Positions 16,432-25,136 of a DNA stretch of 64,000 bases are shown piece by piece. This stretch comes from a virus. Taxonomy: Duplodnaviria > Caudoviricetes. The notes beneath the pieces were generated by a model. The model saw only the letters and a list, made by a program, of their open reading frames with translations, was not told the origin of the DNA and ran no database searches. The DNA lies in IMG/VR virus record IMGVR_UViG_2974779332_000001, positions 1 through 64,000 of that record; one strand, 5' to 3'. The position numbers and the translations under genes are program-made. The stretch's first letter is position 1. The number at the start of each line of letters is the position of its first letter.

Positions 16432-17054
16432 GCGTAATCCGTTTCCTGTACGATGCTCTTTTCAAGACCTGTGATATATACAAGGTCTGCCCATGTAGGC
16501 TTTGAGCAATATCCATTTAGCTCACCGGCCTTAGCGTACATATAAAGGGTGTCATCGTACTGACCGGTCAATCCATCTCTTTCGAGTAGAGCTTTTATCT
16601 TCCGGGCTCCATTCTCAGAATACATCATGGAGACACCACCGTATCTCTGATAAACCTTTGTAAGAGTTCTACTCACACCATCTCGACGTTCATCAAACAT
16701 CTTGTCGGAGTCTCTTGGAATAAAGAGTGAGAAGAAATCCCAGTCGTCAGGTAGCTCAGCTACACGCTGCTCGAAATTGAGCTGGAAATCCTCATGCAGC
16801 AAAGCATCATCTTCAAAGGTTACGATGGGTGCCTTTTCAATAGCATTCAGTACGCTGTACCAAATACCCAAATGGCCCAGACGTGCATCCCAATTTACTG
16901 CATAGGGGTGCTTTGCCTGGGCCTCTCTTAGCTCGTCAATGTCGCGCCCATCTACTGTAGAAACGCGAACATGCTCCCAGCCTTCTAGCTTTGGGAGCAT
17001 CTTTTGAATGTAGTGCAGACGAGAATAGTCAATGCTGAATATTGTGTATTTCAT
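16428..17054 (-). CDS. Glycosyltransferase (GT25-like)
   Basis: TVDGR, GHLGIWYS and FEDDA motifs. Start moved to MKYTIF because the longer ORF overlaps the tRNA. Confidence 0.75.
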   Translation of the reverse strand: MKYTIFSIDYSRLHYIQKMLPKLEGWEHVRVSTVDGRDIDELREAQAKHPYAVNWDARLGHLGIWYSVLNAIEKAPIVTFEDDALLHEDFQLNFEQRVAELPDDWDFFSLFIPRDSDKMFDERRDGVSRTLTKVYQRYGGVSMMYSENGARKIKALLERDGLTGQYDDTLYMYAKAGELNGYCSKPTWADLVYITGLEKSIVQETDYA

Positions 17055-17071
17055 ATCTCTATTTCTGTAAG

Positions 17072-17142
17072 AGCCTGGCAAGAGAATCGAACTCTTGACT
17101 CTTCATTACGAAAGAAGTGCGTTTCCACTACGCCAGCCAGGC
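17072..17142 (-). tRNA. tRNA-Thr(CGT)
   Basis: Acceptor stem GCCTGGC/GCCAGGC, D arm GCGT/ACGC, anticodon loop TT-CGT-AA, T arm AAGAG-TTCGATT-CTCTT. No encoded CCA. Confidence 0.85.
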
Positions 17143-17153
17143 ATTTGGTGAAA

Positions 17154-17627
17154 TCAGAGCTTCCACCAGGCTCGTCTACGACGACGACGGGATTTCTTTA
17201 CCTTTATTACGCTAAGTATACACAAAGCAACGGCTACAGTCAACACTGTTGGACTTGCACTAAAGTAGAACGCTAGTGCAGTGAATCCAAACAGAGCAAT
17301 TCGTAGTTTCCACAGGTTGTTAATGAAACCAGGCCGCCGAGGGGCTGGTCTTGATGAGCCAGCAAATCTTGCTCCCTTTGATTGGTTGCATCTCAAGTGA
17401 GCAAGAGCCACATTGCCCCATACATGGCCGGGGGAATTCTCTCTCCAGCTAAGTGGAGTGATGTGGTCAAGGGACGCAGATTTTGGATGAGGATATTTCA
17501 AACCACGTCGAACCCTCTTGCCACAAAGGTGGCATGTCCAATTAGACTGCGCGTAGACCTGAGCCCTGGTAATGGTTGGGTCATATGGCACGCCGTACTC
17601 TATGCAACGGTCTTCATCTGTCTTCAT
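17154..17627 (-). CDS. HNH endonuclease fused to C-terminal transmembrane helices
   Basis: CHLCG...SLDHITPL...GNVALAHLRCNQSKG, then two hydrophobic segments and a poly-Arg tail. Leaderless. Confidence 0.8.
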   Translation of the reverse strand: MKTDEDRCIEYGVPYDPTITRAQVYAQSNWTCHLCGKRVRRGLKYPHPKSASLDHITPLSWRENSPGHVWGNVALAHLRCNQSKGARFAGSSRPAPRRPGFINNLWKLRIALFGFTALAFYFSASPTVLTVAVALCILSVIKVKKSRRRRRRAWWKL

Positions 17628-17654
17628 AACAGAAGCATAGCATGGTTGTCAAGC

Positions 17655-18191
17655 TCAGTACCAATTGTTGCTCTGGAAGAAGGCCCATGCATTACAAGGA
17701 GAGCCGTAGCGGTCCTCGATGTAGTTGATTCCCCATTTGATTTGGGTGAAAGGATTTGTTTTCCAATCACTGCCAGCACTGGCCATCTTTTTGGCCGGTA
17801 GTGCTTGAGGAATCCCATAAGCACCTGATGAAGAATTAGTTGCCCTTACATTCCATTCACTCTCGTGATGCCATAGATGATTCAAGCAAGAGAACTGCTT
17901 TGAACCAACCTTCTTCTTGGCAAATTCCTTCGGAGTAGGTTTCGGAAGTGGCTTTACCACAAGAAGTGTACTCAAGGAAGCTGTCGGAGAAAGTGTAAGA
18001 CTAGGCTTCGGTAGAGCCTTTGGAGCCTCACTCTTGCTTGGCTTTGGTGATGGTGAAGATGATGGAGCTTCTGCTACTTGCTTATCAAGTGGGAAGTTTC
18101 CAGTTTCTGAAACTGCTGTAACGATTGTTGCAGCAGCAACTCCCAGACAAAGAGCAATAGCAGCTATGTTGCCCCTCATATCTTGACCCAT
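17655..18191 (-). CDS. Exported or membrane-anchored lytic transglycosylase-like protein
   Basis: N-terminal hydrophobic helix, Pro/Ser linker, HESEWN..GAYGIPQALP..TQIKWGINYIEDRYG. Promoter TTGACA-17-TAGACT. Confidence 0.85.
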   Translation of the reverse strand: MGQDMRGNIAAIALCLGVAAATIVTAVSETGNFPLDKQVAEAPSSSPSPKPSKSEAPKALPKPSLTLSPTASLSTLLVVKPLPKPTPKEFAKKKVGSKQFSCLNHLWHHESEWNVRATNSSSGAYGIPQALPAKKMASAGSDWKTNPFTQIKWGINYIEDRYGSPCNAWAFFQSNNWY

Positions 18192-18252
18192 TGTTACCTC
18201 CAAGTTGAGTTGGTCCAATGAGTCTACAGATGTAACGGTTCTGTGTCAAGCG

Positions 18253-18423
18253 TTACTCCTGAAACAGAAGATGAACATATCTGATGATTTCTACGTTCTT
18301 AGCACCATCAGACTCTAGTTCCCTCTTCTCAAAGTTAGCAACTTCCCAGGAAACAAGTTCATCTGTTTCTTTTACCTTACCATTGAAGGTATATCTTAGG
18401 TAATACCTATGATTCTTATTCAT
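18253..18423 (-). CDS. 56-aa hypothetical protein (not in ORF track)
   Basis: MNKNHRYYLRYTFNGKVKE...LFQE*. Confidence 0.6.
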   Translation of the reverse strand: MNKNHRYYLRYTFNGKVKETDELVSWEVANFEKRELESDGAKNVEIIRYVHLLFQE

Positions 18424-18643
18424 ATTGCTATTACTTCCTTGCTATTGATTAGTAGGTATTTTTATGAGGTTACGTAGTAACCTCATCTACTAACATCGTT
18501 AGATGTTAGTAGTTAATTTATATAGTCCCGCTATGAAATAGCGGGTCTTACACACCCTACCAGGTCGAAACTGGAAGCAGTGACCGCAGAGTGAGGTAAG
18601 ACCCTTGGAGAACCCTCAGACCGTCAATCGGATTTTCGGGCAC

Positions 18644-18756
18644 AAAAAAATGTCCCCTCGGTAAGGGTCTTAAGCTTAACCGAGGGGACAAAAATACCTC
18701 GGATAGGCTGGCGGACTTATCCAAGGAGAACATGAGGGGCCGCCAGACACCTTCCT
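18644..18756 (-). ncRNA. Candidate sRNA with an anti-SD loop
   Basis: Promoter TTGACA-18-TACCTT (18792..18763). Stem CTGGCGG/CCGCCAG. A 12-bp terminator stem followed by T7. Confidence 0.6.
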
Positions 18757-18762
18757 AATTAG

Positions 18763-18833
18763 AAGGTAGCACACGGTCGCAGCATGTGTCAAGTCGTGGT
18801 TAGTTGAGCCATAGCTCAACCAACTGATATAAT
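18763..18833. promoter_or_regulatory. Divergent promoter pair at the strand switch
   Basis: Leftward TTGACA-18-TACCTT and rightward TTGAGC-18-TATAAT (18804-18833). Confidence 0.75.
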
Positions 18834-18875
18834 CGTAGCACACGCATGAAGCAGTGTCAACGACGAAGGGAAGCT

Positions 18876-19844
18876 ATGGATATCAGCTTTTCAACGATTC
18901 CGGGCAATTTGAACACGACCATTGGATATGGCGTGGCCGGATTCAACATGGTTCGTAGTCTACAGAAGCTTGGCCATAGAGTGCCCTTCGCAGACAAGAA
19001 CTGTCCTATCGAAATCTTCTTCTCTCAGCCAGATTACTGGGAGTGGAGCAATCAGTTCAACTACCATATCGGTTACACTCCTTGGGAGTCAACAGCTTTG
19101 CCACCAGGCTGGCTTGAGCATATGAATCTAGCTGATGAAGTCTGGACTACATCAGAAATCATTCGCAGATGGTACACAGCGGCCGGTGTGAAGAATGTAA
19201 GAGTTTATCCACATGGCATCGACCCCCAGTGGACTCCTAAGAACAGAAACGTATACGAGAAGATGCGATTTCTGCACATGGGAGAGCCTGCACCTCGTAA
19301 GGGTGGACAGATGGCTGTTGACGCATTCAGAGCAGCGTTCGGAGACAATCCAGATGTTGAACTGACTGTCAAGGCTCACAGACTCAATAACGCCCGGCGT
19401 ATCGAAAACGGTCATATCCTTGGACCAATTACTGACTACAGTAATGTCAAGCTAGTCACACAAGAGCTACCAGAAGACCACCTGGTCAGTTTTGTCAAGC
19501 AATTTCATTGCATGGTCTATCCAAGTTGGGGAGAGGGTTTCGGCCTCATTCCGTTCCAGGCAATGGCCACAGGAATGCCCACAATCTGCACAGGAAAATG
19601 GGCACATTACAAGAGCTATCTCGGACCACTGAGCCTTGATTCAAAGCTGGTGGACTCACCATGGCCCGGTGTGCACCCAGGAAAGATGCTAGAACCCAGC
19701 TTCGATGACCTTGTAGATAAGTACCGATATGCATATGAGCATTTCGATGCCCTGAGCAGCTATTTTTACCTACAGGCACCCAAGTTGCACGAAGAGTATA
19801 ACTGGGAAAAGCTCACAGAAGAAGCATTCGCCCACTTGATTTAG
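18876..19844 (+). CDS. Glycosyltransferase family 4 (GT-B)
   Basis: GYTPWES, RKGG and YPSWGEGFGLIPFQAMATGMPTI motifs. Confidence 0.9.
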   Translation: MDISFSTIPGNLNTTIGYGVAGFNMVRSLQKLGHRVPFADKNCPIEIFFSQPDYWEWSNQFNYHIGYTPWESTALPPGWLEHMNLADEVWTTSEIIRRWYTAAGVKNVRVYPHGIDPQWTPKNRNVYEKMRFLHMGEPAPRKGGQMAVDAFRAAFGDNPDVELTVKAHRLNNARRIENGHILGPITDYSNVKLVTQELPEDHLVSFVKQFHCMVYPSWGEGFGLIPFQAMATGMPTICTGKWAHYKSYLGPLSLDSKLVDSPWPGVHPGKMLEPSFDDLVDKYRYAYEHFDALSSYFYLQAPKLHEEYNWEKLTEEAFAHLI

Positions 19845-19922
19845 GTGGGCGTTTGCTGTACCATTGAGGAACTACGCGATGATAGCCCTGTCTCGACAAC
19901 AGGGCAAGAAGGGATTTTTGTT

Positions 19923-21866
19923 TTGACTTTGGTCGATGATAAGGGATTCCTAACAGACCCTTATAGAAACTTCATCCACACAAGCCGATACGCAAGGTAC
20001 CGTGATGACCTTGGACGACGTGAAACTTATGTGGAGACTGTCGATAGATACATGAATTACATGAGAGACAGTCTAGAAAAGAATCACGATTACATTGTTC
20101 CGGACGCAGATTACACTCTGGTTCGGGACTTTATTCTTGAGCAGGCTTCAATGCCATCTATGCGTGCCATGATGACTGCCGGGCCAGCTCTAGACCGTGA
20201 CAATGTTGCAGCCTACAACTGTTCTTACGTCACAATTGATGACCCACGAGCATTCGATGAGACTCTGTACATTCTGATGAATGGCACTGGAGTCGGATTC
20301 TCTGTTGAAGAGAAGTACGTTCGAAAGCTTCCAGTCATTGCAGAGGAGTTCGAAGCTACTGAAACAGTAGTTAAGGTAGCTGACAGTAAGGAAGGTTGGG
20401 CCCGAGCATATCGTGAGGTTCTAAGCCTTCTCTGGGGTGGTCGAGTGCCACGCTGGGATACCTCTAAGGTACGTCCTGCGGGTGCGAGGCTAAAGACTTT
20501 TGGTGGTAGAGCATCTGGTCCAGGTCCACTAGAACAGCTTTTCCAGTTCACGATTGATATCTTCACCAAGGCGGCCGGTAGGCAGTTGACTTCTCTTGAA
20601 GCTCATGACCTTGTATGTAAGATTGCAGAAGTTGTTGTTGTTGGTGGAGTAAGGCGTTCAGCGCTAATTTCTCTTTCTGACCTCAGTGACCTTCGTATGG
20701 CTACAGCAAAGTCCGGCAATTGGTGGGAGAATCAGCCTCAGCGCGCCCTTGCAAATAACTCAGTAGCTTACACCAGTAAGCCTGACATGACTGCATTCAT
20801 GGCTGAGTGGAAGAATCTCTACGACTCCAAGTCTGGAGAGCGTGGAATCTTCAATCGCCAGGCAGCAGTTACCCAGGTACTTAAGAATGGAAGGCGAGAC
20901 GGCAATTTCGACTTCGGAACTAATCCATGTAGCGAAATTATCCTTCGACCTAACCAGTTCTGTAACCTAACTGAGGTTGTTGTTCGACCAGATGACACAC
21001 AGGATACTCTGGCAAATAAGGTACGAGCCGCCACAATCCTTGGAACGTGGCAGTCAACTCTTACCAGCTTTAAGTATCTTCGTAAGGTCTGGAAGCGCAA
21101 TACCGAAGAAGAAAGACTACTTGGCGTTTCTCTTACCGGCCAGTTCGGTAACAGACTGATGTCAGGTCAGGAAGGAATTGACGAACTTTCCGCAGTCCTT
21201 TACGGACTAAAGAATGTAGCAATTGAAGCTAACGCAGAGACTGCCGACGCAATTGGTATTCCTCGCTCTGCTGCAATTACTTGCGTCAAGCCTTCTGGAA
21301 CTGTTTCACAGCTAGTGGGTGTTCCTTCTGGAATGCATACTGAGCATGACCACTTCTATATTCGAACAGTGCGAGGAGACAATAAGGACCCTCTTACTCA
21401 GTTCCTCAAGGACAGTGGAGTTCCAAACGAGCCAGACGTAATGAAGCCAAATGACACAACAGTCTTTAGCTTCCCCAAGAAGGCGGCAGAAGGTGCGCTT
21501 ACTCGAAATGACCTCACGGCAATTGAGCACCTTGAAATTTGGCTTGCTTACCAGCGAGCATGGTGTGAGCACAAGCCATCTATCACAGTTTCCGTAAAGG
21601 AAAGTGAATGGCTAGAAGTTGGAGCATGGGTTTACAAGCACTTCGATGAAGTGTCTGGAATTTCATTCCTTCCATTCTCTGAGCACACCTACAAGCAGGC
21701 TCCATATCAGACCATCACCGAAGCAGAGTACAAGGAATGGCTTGAGAAGATGCCTGATGAAATTCAGTGGGACCTTCTTCCTACATATGAAGAGGGTGAC
21801 AATACGACCGGAAGTCAAGAATTGGCCTGTGCGGCCGGTGCTTGCGAAGTCGTAGATATTGGCTAA
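19923..21866 (+). CDS. nrdJ: Class II (B12-dependent) ribonucleotide reductase
   Basis: MPSMR, YNCSY, GGVRRSA, GTNPCSEI, TCVKPSGT and C-terminal ACAAGACE. TTG start inferred. Confidence 0.95.
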   Translation: MTLVDDKGFLTDPYRNFIHTSRYARYRDDLGRRETYVETVDRYMNYMRDSLEKNHDYIVPDADYTLVRDFILEQASMPSMRAMMTAGPALDRDNVAAYNCSYVTIDDPRAFDETLYILMNGTGVGFSVEEKYVRKLPVIAEEFEATETVVKVADSKEGWARAYREVLSLLWGGRVPRWDTSKVRPAGARLKTFGGRASGPGPLEQLFQFTIDIFTKAAGRQLTSLEAHDLVCKIAEVVVVGGVRRSALISLSDLSDLRMATAKSGNWWENQPQRALANNSVAYTSKPDMTAFMAEWKNLYDSKSGERGIFNRQAAVTQVLKNGRRDGNFDFGTNPCSEIILRPNQFCNLTEVVVRPDDTQDTLANKVRAATILGTWQSTLTSFKYLRKVWKRNTEEERLLGVSLTGQFGNRLMSGQEGIDELSAVLYGLKNVAIEANAETADAIGIPRSAAITCVKPSGTVSQLVGVPSGMHTEHDHFYIRTVRGDNKDPLTQFLKDSGVPNEPDVMKPNDTTVFSFPKKAAEGALTRNDLTAIEHLEIWLAYQRAWCEHKPSITVSVKESEWLEVGAWVYKHFDEVSGISFLPFSEHTYKQAPYQTITEAEYKEWLEKMPDEIQWDLLPTYEEGDNTTGSQELACAAGACEVVDIG

Positions 21867-21871
21867 TAGAG

Positions 21872-21897
21872 GCCCGGTATTCGTACCGGGCTTCTTT
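21872..21897 (+). terminator. Intrinsic terminator
   Basis: GCCCGGTA-TTCG-TACCGGGC-TTCTTT. Confidence 0.85.
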
Positions 21898-21946
21898 GCT
21901 TTATATCCTCTTCGGATTTATACTACTTACCGAGGAGGTGATTAAA

Positions 21947-22855
21947 ATCGCAACACCAATGACTGCAAGTCAGATTGTAGCGCAACTAAAGAAGTGGGGA
22001 ATTCCATACAAGGAAGTAAAATCCTGGGAGACTCATAACAGGAATGCCAAGGGTGCATGGGGTGGAATGAACGGTTTCATCTGGCATCACACTGGTGCTG
22101 ATGTGAAGTCTGCTGATGCAGCTTCTTACGCTGGTTCAACGCTTTACAATGGATTGAGCACTCTGCCTGGCCCTCTTTGCCACTTTGGTCTAGCACCAGA
22201 TGGCACTGTCTATCTAGTTGGATGGGGTCGAGCAAATCACGCAGGTGGAGGTGACCCAACAGTTCTTAACCACGTAATCAACGAGGACTACTCTGGTCAG
22301 CTAAAGCCTACGCGCGGTAATGCAAATGGAGTGGATGGAAACGCTCACTTCTATGGAGTAGAGATTATGTACTCTGGAAGTCATGCAATGACTGACGCTC
22401 AGTACGCCACTGCTCTAAAGCTATCCGCAGCTATTCTAGACTTCCACAAGTGGACCGAGAAGTCTGTTATCGGACACGGTGAATGGTCAAACGACAAGTG
22501 GGACCCAGGTTATGCCCCAAGCAAGATTATGGATATGACCAAGGTTCGTTCTGCTGTCGCTGACACACTAAAGGCTGGTCCAAAGGGAACAGTTCCTACA
22601 ACTCCATCAAAGCCAACTACTCCAACAACGCCTACAAAGCCAAGTACAGGAGGTGCAACAGTGGCAAAGAAGGATGCAACATACAAGAGTGTATGGGACC
22701 TCGATGCAGCTACTCCACCAGCAGGACATGAGACAAAGGAAAACCCAACATGGGCACCAATGTCTATTCTGCGTGGAATCTATGAAAAGCTTGAGGCTCT
22801 AACCAAGAAGGTCGATGACCTTTCAAAGAAGGTTGACGCTCAGAACACCAAGTGA
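21947..22855 (+). CDS. Endolysin, N-acetylmuramoyl-L-alanine amidase
   Basis: IWHHTG, LPGPLCH, GRANHAG, YGVEI and IGHGEW..KWDPG motifs. Probable ATC start after GGAGGTG (alternative ATG at 21959). Confidence 0.9.
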   Translation: MATPMTASQIVAQLKKWGIPYKEVKSWETHNRNAKGAWGGMNGFIWHHTGADVKSADAASYAGSTLYNGLSTLPGPLCHFGLAPDGTVYLVGWGRANHAGGGDPTVLNHVINEDYSGQLKPTRGNANGVDGNAHFYGVEIMYSGSHAMTDAQYATALKLSAAILDFHKWTEKSVIGHGEWSNDKWDPGYAPSKIMDMTKVRSAVADTLKAGPKGTVPTTPSKPTTPTTPTKPSTGGATVAKKDATYKSVWDLDAATPPAGHETKENPTWAPMSILRGIYEKLEALTKKVDDLSKKVDAQNTK

Positions 22856-22867
22856 TATACTGTCCTT

Positions 22868-22969
22868 ACAGCCTAGGAAATGAGTCCGGGTTGTCTGTGC
22901 GTCTTCGTGCGCGCTGTCTTAGGATGGATTATTTTACCGCATTGGCCGGGTCTTCGGACTCGGCCTTTT
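22868..22969 (+). ncRNA. Candidate ~100-nt sRNA
   Basis: Promoter TTGACG-17-TATACT (22833-22861) and terminator GGCCGGGTC-TTCG-GACTCGGCC-TTTT. No credible ORF between them. Confidence 0.5.
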
Positions 22970-22994
22970 GCGTTAGACATGATAAAATAACTGT

Positions 22995-24737
22995 ATGTCC
23001 TATCAACTACAAGTTCTCGCAGACAATCCATTCAGCTATTGGAAGTTGGATGAAACAGGTCCAGCCTTTCCGGATTCTGCCGGTAGTCTAAGGACCGCTG
23101 ACCTAGTGGGAACAATTACTCGCCACCCTGCCCTTGTAACTGGTTCAGGCAGTGCCCTGCTTTTGAATAATACCAACCAGCTCCAGATGGACGACCCGGT
23201 ATTTAACAAAGGCTACGAGCTGCGTCAGTTCTCTCTAGAGGCATGGGTGAAGCCTGTTAACGTTACTGGTGAAGTAGCGTTGATGAGTCATTCCAGCACC
23301 TATGATGGTCTGGTCATTTCCCCAACCAATATCACTTTCAGAACAAAGTATCTAACGGCCGGTACGTGTGAAGTTACCTACGAATACGATGCTAGCAAGT
23401 CTTTTCACGTAGTAGGAGTCCACACCAATGCAAAGAACTCTCTTTATGTTGATGGAGTTCTAGTAGCAGAAACTGACCTAACTGATGAACAGCAGACAGA
23501 TGTTTACGCGTTCCTGACAACTGACCTTATTGCTGGACAATCAAGTGGCGTAAGCACGATTGCTCTAGATGCACCAGCCATTTACACCTTTGCTCTCACA
23601 AGAGACGCAGTAGCCAAGCATTACGGCTTTGGTATTGATGTAGATAGCAGCGAAGGAATTGCCGGGTACAATGATGCAATCTTCTGGAACTTCTCTGATG
23701 AAACAAGAAACATTGCACTCAAGCAGCTCTGGTCATCAGCAGCAGATTGGGCAACTGGAACTCTGTCAGATACAGTAATCATTGATGACACAATTGCTCC
23801 AGGATATTCCCAGTCAGAGTCATCTGTCGTCGAAGACGGTCTGATTATTCCTGTTTACACAAATACATCATTGCCCGGCACCTGGCAGGCATCCATTGCA
23901 TTCAATGTTATCCCAGAGACAACAATTTCAGATGCAAGAATCAACTGGAAGGGCCAGGGAAGCTACACAATCGAATACTCATTGGATGGTGGAACAGTTT
24001 GGCTGACACCTTCTGATTCCGGGGCAACGACGCTGGACAACGACAGCACCATTGATATCCGTATCACCTTTGATGGTGGAATTGTAGATGACACCAGTTT
24101 CGTAGAATACATTGAGGTTGTCGCCTATCTTGACAAGTATTTCAGAGGCAGTCGCTCAGACCGAACAGCTCAGATGTCAGGTACAGGAGTTGCGAGCGAT
24201 AATTACTACGAACCAATCGAATACGCAGACATCAATGGATTGAGAATGATTTCAGGAGCAATCAACGTATCTCTTGACAGCTCATATGCAGGTGAGGAGG
24301 AGCCTGGGGACCTATTCATTCGAGGATTCGATATGTGGGTCAAGCCAACTGCTGGAAACATTCTTAATGCGACCGGCGTGAATGTTGAGCGCTCTGGAAA
24401 TACAATTGTTTTCTCAGGCTTCTCAGCCTTCACGGTAAATGGTGCATCTGTGTCATCTGGTGCAACCGTATTCGGTTCAGATAGTTGGTATCACATTGCA
24501 GGAGTCTTTACGATACCAGCTAATCTGGCATTGCAGATAGGAAGCCCCGGCATAATCATTGCTCAACTTTCTGCAATTTATGACACCATCAACCTAGCTG
24601 GTCTACAACAGATGTATGCAGCCTATCTTGGATTGCCTGGCCTGGTTGTCAACGACTCTTCTGATGTCGGAATTGACGAAGCTACACCTACAACCAATTT
24701 GTATGCCCATGTCTGGGGCATTACACCAGCAGGATAA
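22995..24737 (+). CDS. LamG/concanavalin-A-like domain virion protein
   Basis: LADNPFSYWKLDE, FSLEAWVKP, HVVGV and SLYVDG motifs. Leaderless TAAAAT-6nt-ATG. Confidence 0.8.
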   Translation: MSYQLQVLADNPFSYWKLDETGPAFPDSAGSLRTADLVGTITRHPALVTGSGSALLLNNTNQLQMDDPVFNKGYELRQFSLEAWVKPVNVTGEVALMSHSSTYDGLVISPTNITFRTKYLTAGTCEVTYEYDASKSFHVVGVHTNAKNSLYVDGVLVAETDLTDEQQTDVYAFLTTDLIAGQSSGVSTIALDAPAIYTFALTRDAVAKHYGFGIDVDSSEGIAGYNDAIFWNFSDETRNIALKQLWSSAADWATGTLSDTVIIDDTIAPGYSQSESSVVEDGLIIPVYTNTSLPGTWQASIAFNVIPETTISDARINWKGQGSYTIEYSLDGGTVWLTPSDSGATTLDNDSTIDIRITFDGGIVDDTSFVEYIEVVAYLDKYFRGSRSDRTAQMSGTGVASDNYYEPIEYADINGLRMISGAINVSLDSSYAGEEEPGDLFIRGFDMWVKPTAGNILNATGVNVERSGNTIVFSGFSAFTVNGASVSSGATVFGSDSWYHIAGVFTIPANLALQIGSPGIIIAQLSAIYDTINLAGLQQMYAAYLGLPGLVVNDSSDVGIDEATPTTNLYAHVWGITPAG

Positions 24738-24800
24738 TGAAAAGCCTCCGATGTGGAGGCTTTTCTTGCTTAATAACGTCAATGTGCTTAAGATATCAGT

Positions 24801-25136
24801 ATGAAAAAGACCAATATCCAGACAGTCGATGAGGCTGCATACGGAGTTTATGTATGGGAAATGCCTAATGGCCAGTGGGTTGGAGATGATGAAGGCAACT
24901 TCCTCTCCATCGCATCCATGAAGGGTGACCTTAAGCGCATAAACGAACTCACCGAGGCAGCTCGTCACTATGGAATTATGGTCGGTAAGCCACTGTTTCT
25001 TTCTGGTAACCGAAAGATTTCTGATGAGGAATTCGAATACCAGAAGCAGCGTCAGGCTTTCGGACTCATTCCAGACGAGCATGATATTCCAGCTCTCGTA
25101 AGTGAGCAGATTTACAAGGAGCATAATGACAAGTAA
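24801..25136 (+). CDS. Hypothetical protein
   Basis: 111 aa, leaderless (TAAGAT-6nt-ATG), overlaps the portal start. Confidence 0.8.
   Translation: MKKTNIQTVDEAAYGVYVWEMPNGQWVGDDEGNFLSIASMKGDLKRINELTEAARHYGIMVGKPLFLSGNRKISDEEFEYQKQRQAFGLIPDEHDIPALVSEQIYKEHNDK

Noticed and set aside
18545-18640. Hammerhead or other self-cleaving ribozyme
   Set aside because: A GAAA-containing hairpin is present, but there is no CUGANGA core on either strand.
18723-18758. + strand mini-ORF MRGRQTPS with SD AAGGAG
   Set aside because: No rightward promoter is seen upstream. It is better explained as the complement of the sRNA's anti-SD loop.
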